From an uncultured Gammaproteobacteria bacterium (GTDB lineage Bacteria; Pseudomonadota; Gammaproteobacteria; Pseudomonadales; Pseudohongiellaceae), in the NCBI GenBank assembly GCA_913031035.1, contig CAJWGN010000001.1, positions 2,923-66,922 on the forward strand: 64,000 nucleotides of DNA. Direction: 5' to 3'. Below, piece by piece: positions 9,279 through 19,773 of this stretch. Made by a program: the position numbers and the translations under genes. Positions within the stretch are counted from its first letter, which is position 1, and each line of letters opens with the position of its first letter. The notes beneath the pieces are model-generated. The model did no database searches and was not told the DNA's origin. It worked only from the letters and a program-made list of their open reading frames with translations.

Positions 9279-9677
9279 ATGACGATAACTGAGGTAGAGA
9301 CTGAAAGACCTGAGGGTATACTCGCACTGCAAACCCTCGCTATGCCCCGAGATACTAACGCCAACGGTGATATTTTTGGTGGCCGGCTAGTGTCTCAAAT
9401 GGATTTGGCGGCCGGTATTGCCACCAAAAGTGTCGCCAAGGGACGCAGTGCAACCGTTGCTATTCAAAACGTAAGTTTTATAGCGCCAGTAGCCGTTGGG
9501 TCAACGGTTGGTTGTTACACGAAGCTTCTAAAAAAGGGCACTAGCTCTATGCACTTTCAAGTGCAGGTGTGGATTTCATTATTGGTGGGTGAAAGCATGA
9601 GAAAAAAAGTTGCAGACGGGGTATTTGTATTCGTCGCACTGGACAGTAATTCAAAGAAGAGATCGCTACCCGAGTAA
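9279..9677 (+). CDS. Acyl-CoA thioesterase (hotdog fold, YciA-like)
   Basis: 132 aa. The segment ..MPRDTNANGDIFGGRLVSQMDLAAG.. is the 4HBT/YciA-type motif. Confidence 0.8.
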   Translation: MTITEVETERPEGILALQTLAMPRDTNANGDIFGGRLVSQMDLAAGIATKSVAKGRSATVAIQNVSFIAPVAVGSTVGCYTKLLKKGTSSMHFQVQVWISLLVGESMRKKVADGVFVFVALDSNSKKRSLPE

Positions 9678-9705
9678 TACTCTCTTGATTGATGCGCTTG
9701 CCAGT

Positions 9706-10806
9706 TCAAAGTCTTCTGGCATCGTCAAAGGCTTCTTCGCTTACTAACTTATAGTCGAGCATGGTGTCTTGAAAGCTCTTATAAGATTCATATATTCTTT
9801 TTGCTGTTGCATCTTCACTGGCGAGCTCTTCCATAACTTCCTGTGAAATTCTTTTTAGCTCACGCAAGACATCTTCAGGCAGTTTTCTCAGCTCAACTCC
9901 CTCGCGTTCAACAAGTACCTGCATAGATTCGCTGTTACCGGCAGTCATTTCGTCTATTACGCCTTGATTCATCACCTCTGTTGCGGCCATCAAAATGGCC
10001 TGCAAATCATTTGGTAAAGATTCAAAAGCTGTTTTATTAAAAAGGGTCTCTAATGCGCTTCCAGGCTCATGCCAGCCAGGATAATAATAGTACTTCGCTA
10101 CCGTATGATAGCCCGCGGCTAAATCGTTATAGGCACTAACGAATTCTGCGGCATCCAAGGCACCAGTTTGCAGGGCGGTAAACACTTCGCTGGCCTGCAT
10201 CGTCACCGGGGTCGCTCCTGCACGGCGTAGAACCTCACCACCTAAGCCGGGAATCCGCATCTTTAAGCCTTGCAGATCCGCGAGTGAGTTTATCTCCTTA
10301 TTAAACCAGCCAAACATTTGAGTGCCTGAGTTGCCGCCGCGAATGGGAATTAAATCGAATGGTTCATAAGCCTCTTTCCAAAGCTGGTCGCCACCACCGT
10401 AAGTTAGCCAGGCATTCATCTCAACTACGGTCATACCAAATGGGATTGAGGAAAAAAATGGGGCGCCTGGTATCTTTCCCTGCCAGTAATAAGATGCTGT
10501 ATGGCCAATTTCGGCAACTCCTTGGGATACCGCATCGAAAACTTCCAAGCCACCAACAAGTTCATTGGCGCCGTATACGCGAATATCTAAACGACCTCCG
10601 CTCATCTCCCTTACTAGATTGGCGAAGCGCTCTGGATTGGTTCCTAACGCAGGTAAGTTTTTAGGCCAAGAGGTAATTAGTTTCCAACTAAAACTCTGAG
10701 TGTTTGATGCCGCCACTGGGCTGCTAGCTTGCTCGCCACTACAGCTCGTTAACACGAAGAATACGCATGAATTAACCAGTGTTTTAAGCGTTGCGTATTT
10801 ATTCAT
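9706..10806 (-). CDS. TRAP transporter substrate-binding protein (DctP family)
   Basis: 366 aa. It has a lipoprotein-like signal (FFVLTSCSG) and DctP-type blocks (WKLITSWPKNLP.., MRIPGLGGEVL..). It is convergent with the dctQM unit. Confidence 0.85.
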   Translation of the reverse strand: MNKYATLKTLVNSCVFFVLTSCSGEQASSPVAASNTQSFSWKLITSWPKNLPALGTNPERFANLVREMSGGRLDIRVYGANELVGGLEVFDAVSQGVAEIGHTASYYWQGKIPGAPFFSSIPFGMTVVEMNAWLTYGGGDQLWKEAYEPFDLIPIRGGNSGTQMFGWFNKEINSLADLQGLKMRIPGLGGEVLRRAGATPVTMQASEVFTALQTGALDAAEFVSAYNDLAAGYHTVAKYYYYPGWHEPGSALETLFNKTAFESLPNDLQAILMAATEVMNQGVIDEMTAGNSESMQVLVEREGVELRKLPEDVLRELKRISQEVMEELASEDATAKRIYESYKSFQDTMLDYKLVSEEAFDDARRL

Positions 10807-10907
10807 TGGAATTGACCTGTTAATACCATCTGGTTTGGAGAGTTTTTCTTTTAGCTTTCTTTTGTCTCTCTTCTATATTTTTGATTTATGTTTTTCTTGT
10901 GTGCTAA

Positions 10908-13115
10908 CTAACCAACTATTTCTAGTTTGGCATAGGACAGCACTAACCATTTACTGCCAACGTCGTCAAAGTTAACCTGCACACGGGCGTTGGGGCCTTG
11001 TCCTTCATAGTTTAAGACCACTCCTTCGCCAAACCTTCCATGAGCAACTCGTTGACCCAGAGATAGTTCGGTTTGGGGTACTTCGATATTGCCGCTCATT
11101 CGACTTATTGTTCCACTGCTAAGCTGTGAGCCGACGGCGGATGTTCTAGTGATGGTAGATTTTAGGCGTATGGCGTCTATTAGGTCAGATGGGATTTCTT
11201 TAATGAATCTCGAGGGGCGGCAAAGGTTAACGTCGCCGTGTAGTCTTCTGGATTCGGCATGACTTAAGTAAAGTTTTGTTCTTGCGCGGGTAATTCCTAC
11301 ATAGCACAGTCTGCGTTCTTCTTCTAACCCGGTCAAACTGTCCATAGACATTTTATGTGGGAATAAACCTTCTTCTAATCCGGCTAAAAATACTAATTGA
11401 AACTCTAAGCCTTTAGCGGTGTGTAAGGTCATAAGCTGAACAGCGTCCTCAGATTCCTCTGCCTGAGTGTCGCCTGCATCTAATGAGGCTTTATCGAGAA
11501 AGGCCGCTAGCATTGCATTTGACGTGATATCGATTACCTCGTCACCGCTTACTTCATCGAAGTTGCTCGCGGCATTAACCAGTTCTTCCAAATTTTCTAT
11601 ACGTCCGCGAGCTTTTTCTCCACCTTCTTTTTCATGATGTTGGATGAGGCCGCTATTGTTAACAATGTGCTCAGCCTTTTCATGTAGCTTCAGGGTTTCA
11701 CATTCGGCTGCCATGACATCAATAAGTTCAAGAAATGCAAGAACTGAACTAGTCGCGCGGGGCGTTAGAAGTTTATTATTAACATTGTCTATGCAGGCCT
11801 GCCAAAGTGAAATGTTTTCACGTCGAGCTAGATCTCGAATAAGGTCAATGGTTCTGCCACCTATACCCCGTGTGGGCACATTGATGATTCGCTCCATCGC
11901 AGTATCATCATGGCGGTTAACCAAGAGGCGCAGGTAAGAGAGTGCATTTTTAATTTCTAAGCGCTCGTAAAAGCGGTGCCCTCCAAAAATCCGGTAAGGC
12001 ATTCCTACTCTGATTAGGGCTTCTTCGAGTTCGCGGGACTGAGCATTAGAGCGATAAAGAATCGCCGCATCACTGCGCCGATTTCCGGCGTTAAACCAAT
12101 CGTGAACGCGGTCAACTATAAAGCGTGCTTCGTCTTGTTCGTTAAAAGCCTCGTACAAACTAATGGGCTCGCCTTCGCCAATGTCTGTCCATAGGTTCTT
12201 TCCGAGCCGGCCTTGGTTGTTAGAAATAAGGCTGTTGGCGGCTTTCAGAATATTAGATGTGGAGCGATAGTTGCGTTCTAACCGGACAATTTCGGAGCCC
12301 GGGAAATCCGTGTTAAATTGTTGTATGTTTTCAATTTTGGCCCCGCGCCAGCCATAGATAGATTGGTCATCGTCACCAACCACCATCAAATTGTTTTTAT
12401 CTCCGGCCAATACTCGAAGCCAAGCGTATTGGATGGAGTTCGTGTCCTGAAACTCGTCAACCAAAATGTGCTTAAAACGGCCTCTGTAGTGGTCTAAAAT
12501 TTGTGGGCTACGCAGCCAAAGTTCATGTGCGCGTAGCAAAATTTCGCCAAAGTCGATCATTCCTCCGCGCTGACAGGCATCTTCATAGGCGCGGTAGATA
12601 TCCAGCATGGTTTTGATGTAATCATCATTCTCATGATCGATATTGCTAGCTCTTAACCCTTCATCTTTTTGACCATTTATATACCATTGGCACTGTTTTG
12701 CCGGCCAGCGTTCTTCATCGATACTAAGAGAGCGATTAATTCGCTTAATTAGACGCAATTGATCATCTGAGTCCAGAATATGAAAGTCTTCTACGAGTCC
12801 AGCTTCGCGCCAGTGAGAGCGTAATAATCGGTGTGCTAATCCGTGGAAAGTGCCTACCCACATGCCGCCGGCAGAATGGCCTAGCAGAGACTCAATTCGC
12901 CCGCGCATCTCTCGTGCGGCCTTGTTGGTAAATGTAACTGACAAAATTGCGAAAGGAGAAACCTGTTCTGCCTGTAACAGCCAGGCGATTCGGTGGACTA
13001 GGACGCGTGTTTTACCACTGCCTGCACCAGCGAGCACCAAAAGGTTTTTAGTTGGACTGGCAACTGCATTGCGTTGTTCGTCGTTTAAAGAGTCGAGTAT
13101 GTGGGAAACATCCAT
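10908..13115 (-). CDS. uvrD: DNA helicase II UvrD
   Basis: The N-terminus MDVSHILDSLNDEQRNAVASP..LLVLAGAGSGKTRVLVHRIAWL is nearly identical to the E. coli UvrD N-terminus. DEFQDTN is present. The start is set at the MDVS Met; the track ORF extends 6 codons further. Confidence 0.92.
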   Translation of the reverse strand: MDVSHILDSLNDEQRNAVASPTKNLLVLAGAGSGKTRVLVHRIAWLLQAEQVSPFAILSVTFTNKAAREMRGRIESLLGHSAGGMWVGTFHGLAHRLLRSHWREAGLVEDFHILDSDDQLRLIKRINRSLSIDEERWPAKQCQWYINGQKDEGLRASNIDHENDDYIKTMLDIYRAYEDACQRGGMIDFGEILLRAHELWLRSPQILDHYRGRFKHILVDEFQDTNSIQYAWLRVLAGDKNNLMVVGDDDQSIYGWRGAKIENIQQFNTDFPGSEIVRLERNYRSTSNILKAANSLISNNQGRLGKNLWTDIGEGEPISLYEAFNEQDEARFIVDRVHDWFNAGNRRSDAAILYRSNAQSRELEEALIRVGMPYRIFGGHRFYERLEIKNALSYLRLLVNRHDDTAMERIINVPTRGIGGRTIDLIRDLARRENISLWQACIDNVNNKLLTPRATSSVLAFLELIDVMAAECETLKLHEKAEHIVNNSGLIQHHEKEGGEKARGRIENLEELVNAASNFDEVSGDEVIDITSNAMLAAFLDKASLDAGDTQAEESEDAVQLMTLHTAKGLEFQLVFLAGLEEGLFPHKMSMDSLTGLEEERRLCYVGITRARTKLYLSHAESRRLHGDVNLCRPSRFIKEIPSDLIDAIRLKSTITRTSAVGSQLSSGTISRMSGNIEVPQTELSLGQRVAHGRFGEGVVLNYEGQGPNARVQVNFDDVGSKWLVLSYAKLEIVG

Positions 13116-13395
13116 GGGTGCGTATTCTAGCAAATCGGCGCCGAGAATCTCGGGTTATTAGCGCTGAATGCAAATTAACAGGCGATGTCGACAATTCGCT
13201 GCCAAAAGTGGCAATGGGTTTTAGAGAAAATTCAAACAATTTGCTATTATAGGTGTCTGTTCAAGGTCGCTTGATATAAGTAGCTGACCTGCATCGCGGC
13301 CCCGACCCAAGAGTTAGTTTAGGTCGAAGCTTATTTAGCAAAATTAGAGAGAGCCTGGTCTATTCACCAGGCGAAAGTGAATTTAGGAGATATCC

Positions 13396-14589
13396 ATGTC
13401 TGTCAGATCGGACAATATACCATTCAACTGGCAAGATCCGTTTTCCATGGAAGGGCAGCTTTCTGAGGAAGAACGTCTGGTGCGCGATACTGCGAAACAA
13501 TATGCGCACGCAAAGTTGGCACCAAGGGTGCTTGAAGCATATAGAAACGAGACCTCTGAGCCCGAAATATTCAGAGAAATGGGCGCGCTAGGTCTTTTGG
13601 GCTCAACCATCGAAGGCTATGGCTGTGCTGGCGTTAACTATGTTTGCTACGGACTTGCTGCTCGTGAGGTTGAGGCCATCGACTCTGGATATCGCTCAAT
13701 GATGAGTGTTCAATCATCATTGGTGATGCATCCGATTAATGAGTTTGGTAGTGAAGAACAGAAGCAGAAGTACTTACCTAAGCTGGCGACAGGTGAATAT
13801 ATTGGTTGTTTTGGGCTTACCGAACCTGATCATGGATCCGATCCTGGCGGAATGATTACCCGAGCCCGTTCAGTGAGTGGAGGCTACAGTCTTTCAGGTT
13901 CCAAGAACTGGATAAGCAACTCACCTTTTGCTGATGTTTTCATTGTTTGGGCTAAAGATGATGATGGAGTTATAAAAGGCTTCATTCTTGATAAAGGCAT
14001 GAAAGGCCTGAGTGCGCCAAAAATTGAAGGCAAGTTGGCACTGCGTGCATCACCCACTGGCATGATTGTAATGGATGAGGTTTTTGTTCCTGAAGAAAAC
14101 AAGCTGCCTTTAGCATCCGGACTGAATGGCCCGTTTAGCTGTCTTAACTCGGCTCGGCTCGGTATTGCTTGGGGTGCTATAGGCGCGGCTGAGAGCTGCT
14201 GGCATTCTGCTTTGCAATACACTCTTGATAGAAAACAATTCGGCCGGCCTCTTGCCGCTAACCAGCTTATTCAAAAGAAGCTGGCGATAATGCAGACAGA
14301 CCTTAGTCTTGCTCTGCAAGGGTGTTTACAAGCTTGTCGATTAAAAGACCAAGGTAAACTTGCTCCTGCGCTGATTTCTTTGCTGAAACGAAATTCTTGT
14401 TTGAAAGCATTGGATGCCGCTAGAGAAGCGCGGGATATGCTAGGTGGAAATGGAATTTCAGATGAGTATCCGGTAATGCGTCACATGCAAAACTTAGAAG
14501 TCGTGAACACTTATGAGGGTACGCAGGATATTCATGCGTTGATTTTAGGTAGAACTCAGACTGGAATTCAAGCGTTCACTGGTGGCTAG
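13396..14589 (+). CDS. gcdH: Glutaryl-CoA dehydrogenase
   Basis: 397 aa with acyl-CoA dehydrogenase blocks ([48 protein letters not shown]) typical of GcdH. Confidence 0.88.
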   Translation: MSVRSDNIPFNWQDPFSMEGQLSEEERLVRDTAKQYAHAKLAPRVLEAYRNETSEPEIFREMGALGLLGSTIEGYGCAGVNYVCYGLAAREVEAIDSGYRSMMSVQSSLVMHPINEFGSEEQKQKYLPKLATGEYIGCFGLTEPDHGSDPGGMITRARSVSGGYSLSGSKNWISNSPFADVFIVWAKDDDGVIKGFILDKGMKGLSAPKIEGKLALRASPTGMIVMDEVFVPEENKLPLASGLNGPFSCLNSARLGIAWGAIGAAESCWHSALQYTLDRKQFGRPLAANQLIQKKLAIMQTDLSLALQGCLQACRLKDQGKLAPALISLLKRNSCLKALDAAREARDMLGGNGISDEYPVMRHMQNLEVVNTYEGTQDIHALILGRTQTGIQAFTGG

Positions 14590-14626
14590 AAACCATTGGG
14601 TGCAGCTAGCGAAAGCTAAGTATAAG

Positions 14627-15541
14627 TTAAAGTAAGCTTAGAAAAGTGCCGGTAAAAATTGCCGCACCAACCCAATTGTTGTTTAGAAAAGCCTTAAAAC
14701 AGGGATCGGGTAACCGGTCCCTGATAAGGAATTGCTGATAAATGAGCAAGGCACTGGCGACTATCAAAGAAAGATAATAGGGCAGACCCAGTTGCAGTTG
14801 TCCTCCCACCAGCCACATAGATAAGATAAATAAAACCTGCAAACAGCCGATAATAAGTTTGTCGGCATCTCCAAAAAGTATAGCCGTAGACTTGACCCCT
14901 ATCTTCAAATCAAATTCCCTATCGACCATCGCATACTCTGTGTCGTAAGCAACCGTCAACAGTACATTGGCTAAAAACAACAGGTAAGCTGTTTGTGGTA
15001 TGGCGGCTGTTTGGGCCATAAAAGCCATCAGTATCCCCCAAGAAAAAGCGATTCCTAATATTACCTGAGGTAAATTAGAGAAGCGTTTCATGAAGGGATA
15101 AACTGCGACTAGGGCGACAGCGCCAAACGAAAGCAGTATTGTTTCTAGATTAGTGAACAAGACTAGGATGAAACCCAACAGAGATAAGAAAATGAAACAG
15201 TAGAGAGCGTCCTGGCGCTTTAGTAAGCCTTTAGCGAGAGGGCGCGATTTGGTACGGCCAACTTTGTCATCAATTTTATAATCCGCAAAGTCATTAACAC
15301 AGCATCCGGCCGAGCGCATAACGACAGTCCCGAGTATAAAAATGATTAGCAGGTTGAAATCTGGAAAGCCGTCAGCCGCTATCCATAGAGCGCCGATTGT
15401 CGGCCAAAGCAGAAGCGTGATGCCAATAGGTTTGTTAATGCGGGTTAGTTCTATGAGCGCAGGCAGCTTACTGTGGAACTCAGGGAATTTAGCCCTCAGC
15501 CACAAGTCAGATCTTGATACCAGTTTTCGTATTGAATCCAT
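14627..15541 (-). CDS. ubiA: 4-hydroxybenzoate polyprenyltransferase
   Basis: 304 aa and polytopic. It has the UbiA motifs NDFADYKIDDKV..RTKSRPLA and YDTEYAMVDREFD. Confidence 0.9.
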   Translation of the reverse strand: MDSIRKLVSRSDLWLRAKFPEFHSKLPALIELTRINKPIGITLLLWPTIGALWIAADGFPDFNLLIIFILGTVVMRSAGCCVNDFADYKIDDKVGRTKSRPLAKGLLKRQDALYCFIFLSLLGFILVLFTNLETILLSFGAVALVAVYPFMKRFSNLPQVILGIAFSWGILMAFMAQTAAIPQTAYLLFLANVLLTVAYDTEYAMVDREFDLKIGVKSTAILFGDADKLIIGCLQVLFILSMWLVGGQLQLGLPYYLSLIVASALLIYQQFLIRDRLPDPCFKAFLNNNWVGAAIFTGTFLSLL

Positions 15542-15664
15542 TACAACTTATCGCAACCAGCCTAGATTCAGGCTAAGGGTGCATAGCATAAAAGAATAAC
15601 AGTCGAGAGTAAAAAGCTTCTCTGATAAATATAGCTCTAGCCCCCTTAGTTAGTTGAGATGGTC

Positions 15665-17002
15665 TCAGGATGGGAAGCTTTGGGCAATTGATGATATTTC
15701 TTCTGCAGATTCGATGACTTCGTGGAGTTTATCCATGACATCGTCGCGATTTAGCTGGTAGCGGGCAAACAATTCATCGGGCACTTCTTCCAATGGTGCA
15801 TCCCCTATACCTTTTTGCTTAAGGAGTCGCAGGGCCATAAAAACTAAATTGGGATAGGCACAGTGCGGTCCGTCGTAGCTAGGATCATGCTGATATTGAA
15901 TTGTCGCTTTAACCTCCGGAGGCATATTCCATAGGTCCATTAGCCACAGGCAAATTTCTTCCCGGGTAATCTGTAATAAGTGGTTTTCCACCGCCATGTG
16001 GCTTATGTGAGGATTGGCTTCAATGTAACGGCATATTTGCGAAAAGTGCGGAGGGAAAATATGTGCTAGCACTAAATAGCCAAAATTGTGCAGCAGGCCC
16101 GATAGATAAGTTAGGCCTTTACTTGGCTTTATCTCCGGAGGTATTAGCGTCACGATAGCTTCAACAAGAGTTGAGCAATAGATCGATTGGAGCCAGTAAG
16201 GAGTTACCCCATCAACTCTATCTTTGGGCAATTCCAGAGTCTTACCTAGTGCCAAACCCAGGGCCAAATTGCCCACAAGGTCAAAGCCAAGAACTCGGAC
16301 GATAGCGTCTTGCACTGAGCGGATTTTTCCAGGAGCGGCATAATAGGGAGAAGCAGCCCAGCTTACTACCTGCGCCGCAAGGCTCGGGTCTGATTCCACT
16401 ATATCCGCAAGGTCGCTGACCACGGCATTTGAGTTAACTCGTAACTCTATAATGCGCTGTGCTGTGGCAGGCAGCGTCGGTATTTCAAGAGTGTCTTCTA
16501 AACGCTGTTTAATCCGAACTGATGTAAATGTCCTTAGAGAATGGACAATTCTCTTTGCATCTTCATTTGGATTCGGCGCTGTGCTGGATAGGTTGCTCGG
16601 ATCAATAGCAAACTTAAGCGTTAGCATATCCCGATTAAAAGCCAGTAAATCTTTTTGCAAAACCGCCAGCTCTAGAAGCTTAGCCCCGGCACTGTTAGCA
16701 CTGGAGATTATGACCAACCTATCTGCAGCGATAGTTTGGTCCAATAAGGTGGTTACATTATTTAGTTCCGGTATGTTGCTGAGCTTGGTCAGGCGCTCAG
16801 ACGCATAAAATTCTTCCAGCTCGGCAGCGCTGACAGCAATTAAGTCACGCCCGGTTTTTTCTTTAATACTTTTTAAATCTAAAAGAGAATGCTCCGCCAA
16901 AATAACTTGAACCCGGCCAGTTTTGTCTTGTAGCAAGATCGACCGAACTATCGTCTCCTTTTGAGCTGACAAAGGTATTGAGGCGGCGGCTTCGATATTC
17001 AA
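15665..17002 (-). CDS. HDOD domain protein with an N-terminal YbaK/aminoacyl-tRNA-deacylase-like domain
   Basis: The C-terminal half has the HDOD pattern (LPATAQRIIELRVNSNAVVSDLADIVESDPSLAAQVVSWAASPYY..., HNFGYLVL). The N-terminal ~120 aa follow the YbaK-like pattern (IVRSILLQDKTGRVQVILAEHSLLDLKSIKEKTGRDL). The start at 17000-17002 is TTG. Confidence 0.75.
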   Translation of the reverse strand: MNIEAAASIPLSAQKETIVRSILLQDKTGRVQVILAEHSLLDLKSIKEKTGRDLIAVSAAELEEFYASERLTKLSNIPELNNVTTLLDQTIAADRLVIISSANSAGAKLLELAVLQKDLLAFNRDMLTLKFAIDPSNLSSTAPNPNEDAKRIVHSLRTFTSVRIKQRLEDTLEIPTLPATAQRIIELRVNSNAVVSDLADIVESDPSLAAQVVSWAASPYYAAPGKIRSVQDAIVRVLGFDLVGNLALGLALGKTLELPKDRVDGVTPYWLQSIYCSTLVEAIVTLIPPEIKPSKGLTYLSGLLHNFGYLVLAHIFPPHFSQICRYIEANPHISHMAVENHLLQITREEICLWLMDLWNMPPEVKATIQYQHDPSYDGPHCAYPNLVFMALRLLKQKGIGDAPLEEVPDELFARYQLNRDDVMDKLHEVIESAEEISSIAQSFPS

Positions 17003-17208
17003 TTTATATCCTTAACAGAGGTTGTTTAGTTTGGCGGACGCGCATTGATGCTGGCCGTGTCCTTACCTTGGGTTACGTAACACGGTGTAAATAGGTCTTT
17101 GACCACAACTGCGCGTAGTCAATGCTAAGTATAGATAGGATTCTTGATTCGGTGAGATATCTTTAAGGAATAGACGAAGAGATAAGGGGAGGCCAATTCG
17201 TCGTCGGG

Positions 17209-19302
17209 TTAGACGTTAATATAGTGTTCACTGCCTCCTAGCCAGCGTTGGATAAGGGGCTCAATAATCTCAGGGTGTTCGCTCATTATAATTTCAGAAG
17301 CGGCTTGGACGTCATCCAGCAGGTCGGCATCGACTGATAAATCAGCAATTTTAAAGCTCATCATCCCGGTTTGTTGAGTTCCTAGGACTTGGCCTGGCCC
17401 CCTGAGCTCTAGATCCTTCTCCGCTATATAGAACCCATCTGTGCTTTCCCTCATGACAATAAGTCGCTTCTTGCTGTGCTCGGATAGCGGCGTTTGGTAA
17501 AGCATAATGCAATGACTCGCAACTAAGCCCCGGCCAACACGGCCTCTAAGTTGATGTAACTGGGCAAGTCCAAGTCGCTCCGGATTCTCGATTACCATCA
17601 AGTTGGCGTTGGGCACATCTACTCCAACCTCTATAACTGTGGTGGCAACCAGCAGATGAATCTCCGCATTCTTAAAAGAGTCCATGATGGCGACTTTTTC
17701 AGCGGGTTTTAGACGCCCATGTATTAAACCTATCACCAAGTGGGGTAGTTGCTCCCGTAATTGCTGACAGGTAACCTCGGCTGCCTGACATTCAAGTTCC
17801 TCGGACTCTTCAATAAGTGTGCAGACCCAATAGGCCTGATTACCCGCACTGCAGGCTTTTTCGATTCTCTCTACCACCTGATCGCGACGGTCATTTGAAA
17901 TTAAGGCAGTATTAATCGGAATTCTACCTGGAGGCAGTTCATTAATTACTGAACAATCTAGATCGGCGTAGGCACTCATGGCCAGCGTCCGAGGTATTGG
18001 CGTGGCCGTCATAACAAGTTGGTGAGGTGTGATTTCGTCTTTTGCGGCTTTTTCACGTAGAGCAAGTCGCTGGTGCACACCGAAACGATGTTGCTCATCG
18101 ATTATGATTAACCCCAGCCTGCTATAGATAACCCCCTCTTGAAACAGGGCATGAGTTCCCACTAAAAGCTGTGTTTCCCCTGATGACAGTTCAGCTAGCT
18201 GTTTCCGCCTAGCGGCGGCTTTGATCTTCCCGCTTAGCCAGCCAACATTAAGACCGAGTGCATTGAACCACTGTTGAAAATTTCTAAAGTGTTGTTCTGC
18301 GAGGATCTCTGTCGGCGCCATTATAGCCACTTGATAACCGTTATTAATGGCGTTTAATGCAGATAAGGCCGCGACTACCGTTTTCCCAGAACCAACGTCT
18401 CCTTGTAAAAGTCTTAACATTGGTCGGCTGGTGGTCATGTCATTATTGATGTCGAGACTGGCGAGCTGCTGCCCTTTTGTTAACGTAAAGGGAAGTAACT
18501 CGAGAAAGTCATGACTTAATTGACCGTTGAGCTGCAACTGTGGAGCCAGCTTTTGATTTGAAGTGACTCGGCTTAAACGCATACATAGCCGGTGAGAAAG
18601 CAATTCTTCAAACGCTAGCCTTTTATGCCCTGGATTAGATTCTTGCAGAAGCCACTGCGATGATGAATCAATGGATGGTTGGTGTATCAGATTCAGAACT
18701 TCTTCTAACGGCGCAAACCCAAATCGCTGGCGCAGGTCTAGAGGCAGATAATCATCAATAGAGCAGCGCTGCAAAAGTTCGCGGGCTTGACTAATAATGC
18801 TTCTTAATCTGGTTTGCTGAAGCCCTTCGCTGGCAGGATAGACCGGTGTTAATGTGTCTGCGATGGGTTCATTGATGGGGTCTTTGAGAATCTTATATTC
18901 GGGATGATATAGCTCAAATCCATGTCGCCCATAACGTACTTCGCCAAAACATCGTACTACGCAGCCCGCTGCTAAGGCATTTTTCTGAGCCGCCGAAAAG
19001 TGAAAAAAGCGCAAACCTATAAAGCCTGTTTTATCGGTAATTGTGCAATGAAGACTGCGGCGTTTGCCGAATTGGACAGCACACTTAACGACTTCCCCTT
19101 GAATTTGAGCGAGCTGGCCAACTTTTAGAGAGCGGATTGAAAGTATGCGAGTTCGGTCTTCATAGCGCGAGGGTAGGTGGAAAAGAAGGTCCTGGACATT
19201 ATGAATACCCAGCTCGTTTAGCTTCAACGCAAGAGCAGGGCCAACCCCTTTTAGCGACGTCAGCTTAACATTATTCAGGGCTTGGCTTGTCGGCATAAGC
19301 AC
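17209..19302 (-). CDS. recG: ATP-dependent DNA helicase RecG
   Basis: 697 aa with GDVGSGKT (Walker A), DEQHRFG, and the TRG-type C-terminal blocks QLHQLRGRVGRG. Confidence 0.93.
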   Translation of the reverse strand: MLMPTSQALNNVKLTSLKGVGPALALKLNELGIHNVQDLLFHLPSRYEDRTRILSIRSLKVGQLAQIQGEVVKCAVQFGKRRSLHCTITDKTGFIGLRFFHFSAAQKNALAAGCVVRCFGEVRYGRHGFELYHPEYKILKDPINEPIADTLTPVYPASEGLQQTRLRSIISQARELLQRCSIDDYLPLDLRQRFGFAPLEEVLNLIHQPSIDSSSQWLLQESNPGHKRLAFEELLSHRLCMRLSRVTSNQKLAPQLQLNGQLSHDFLELLPFTLTKGQQLASLDINNDMTTSRPMLRLLQGDVGSGKTVVAALSALNAINNGYQVAIMAPTEILAEQHFRNFQQWFNALGLNVGWLSGKIKAAARRKQLAELSSGETQLLVGTHALFQEGVIYSRLGLIIIDEQHRFGVHQRLALREKAAKDEITPHQLVMTATPIPRTLAMSAYADLDCSVINELPPGRIPINTALISNDRRDQVVERIEKACSAGNQAYWVCTLIEESEELECQAAEVTCQQLREQLPHLVIGLIHGRLKPAEKVAIMDSFKNAEIHLLVATTVIEVGVDVPNANLMVIENPERLGLAQLHQLRGRVGRGLVASHCIMLYQTPLSEHSKKRLIVMRESTDGFYIAEKDLELRGPGQVLGTQQTGMMSFKIADLSVDADLLDDVQAASEIIMSEHPEIIEPLIQRWLGGSEHYINV

Positions 19303-19375
19303 GGACTGAGTCTATTGGTGAGGTACGTTAATACGCTTTAGGATCACTCAGTATATGGTTTTTTATACAGTGGTG

Positions 19376-19759
19376 CTAGAGAGCCATTATAGCTTCGATT
19401 TCCACGGTAACACCTTTAGGTAGGGCGCTGACCTCAATGGTAGCTCGGGCTGGATAGGGCTCAGAAAAGTATGTTGCCATTATTTTATTTACAACAGCAA
19501 AATCATTTAGGTCTGTGAGAAAAATTGTCAATTTAGCCAAGTTCTCTAAGCCACCACCGGCGGCTTTTGTTACCGCAATCAAATTAGCAAATACCTGATG
19601 GGTTTGTTCTTCAATGCCACCTTCAACTATTTCCATAGTTTCTGGTACAAGGGGAATTTGGCCGGATAAGAATACCGTGTTGCCCACTTTAGTTGCTTGA
19701 GAATAGGGTCCGATTGCTGCGGGTGCGGCTTCGGTATATATTTTTTCAAATTTGGACAT
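19376..19759 (-). CDS. ridA: RidA family reactive-intermediate deaminase
   Basis: 127 aa with AIGPYSQA... and ...PARATIEVSALPKGVTVEIEAI, classic YjgF/RidA motifs. Confidence 0.9.
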   Translation of the reverse strand: MSKFEKIYTEAAPAAIGPYSQATKVGNTVFLSGQIPLVPETMEIVEGGIEEQTHQVFANLIAVTKAAGGGLENLAKLTIFLTDLNDFAVVNKIMATYFSEPYPARATIEVSALPKGVTVEIEAIMAL

Positions 19760-19773
19760 AGAGATGTTCCTGC

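Noticed and set aside
13134-13395. Small ORFs (13048-13239 minus, 13052-13252 plus) in the uvrD/gcdH divergent region
   Set aside because: They overlap the uvrD 5' end and each other. They have no SD, and their composition is not protein-like. The region is more plausibly promoter DNA.
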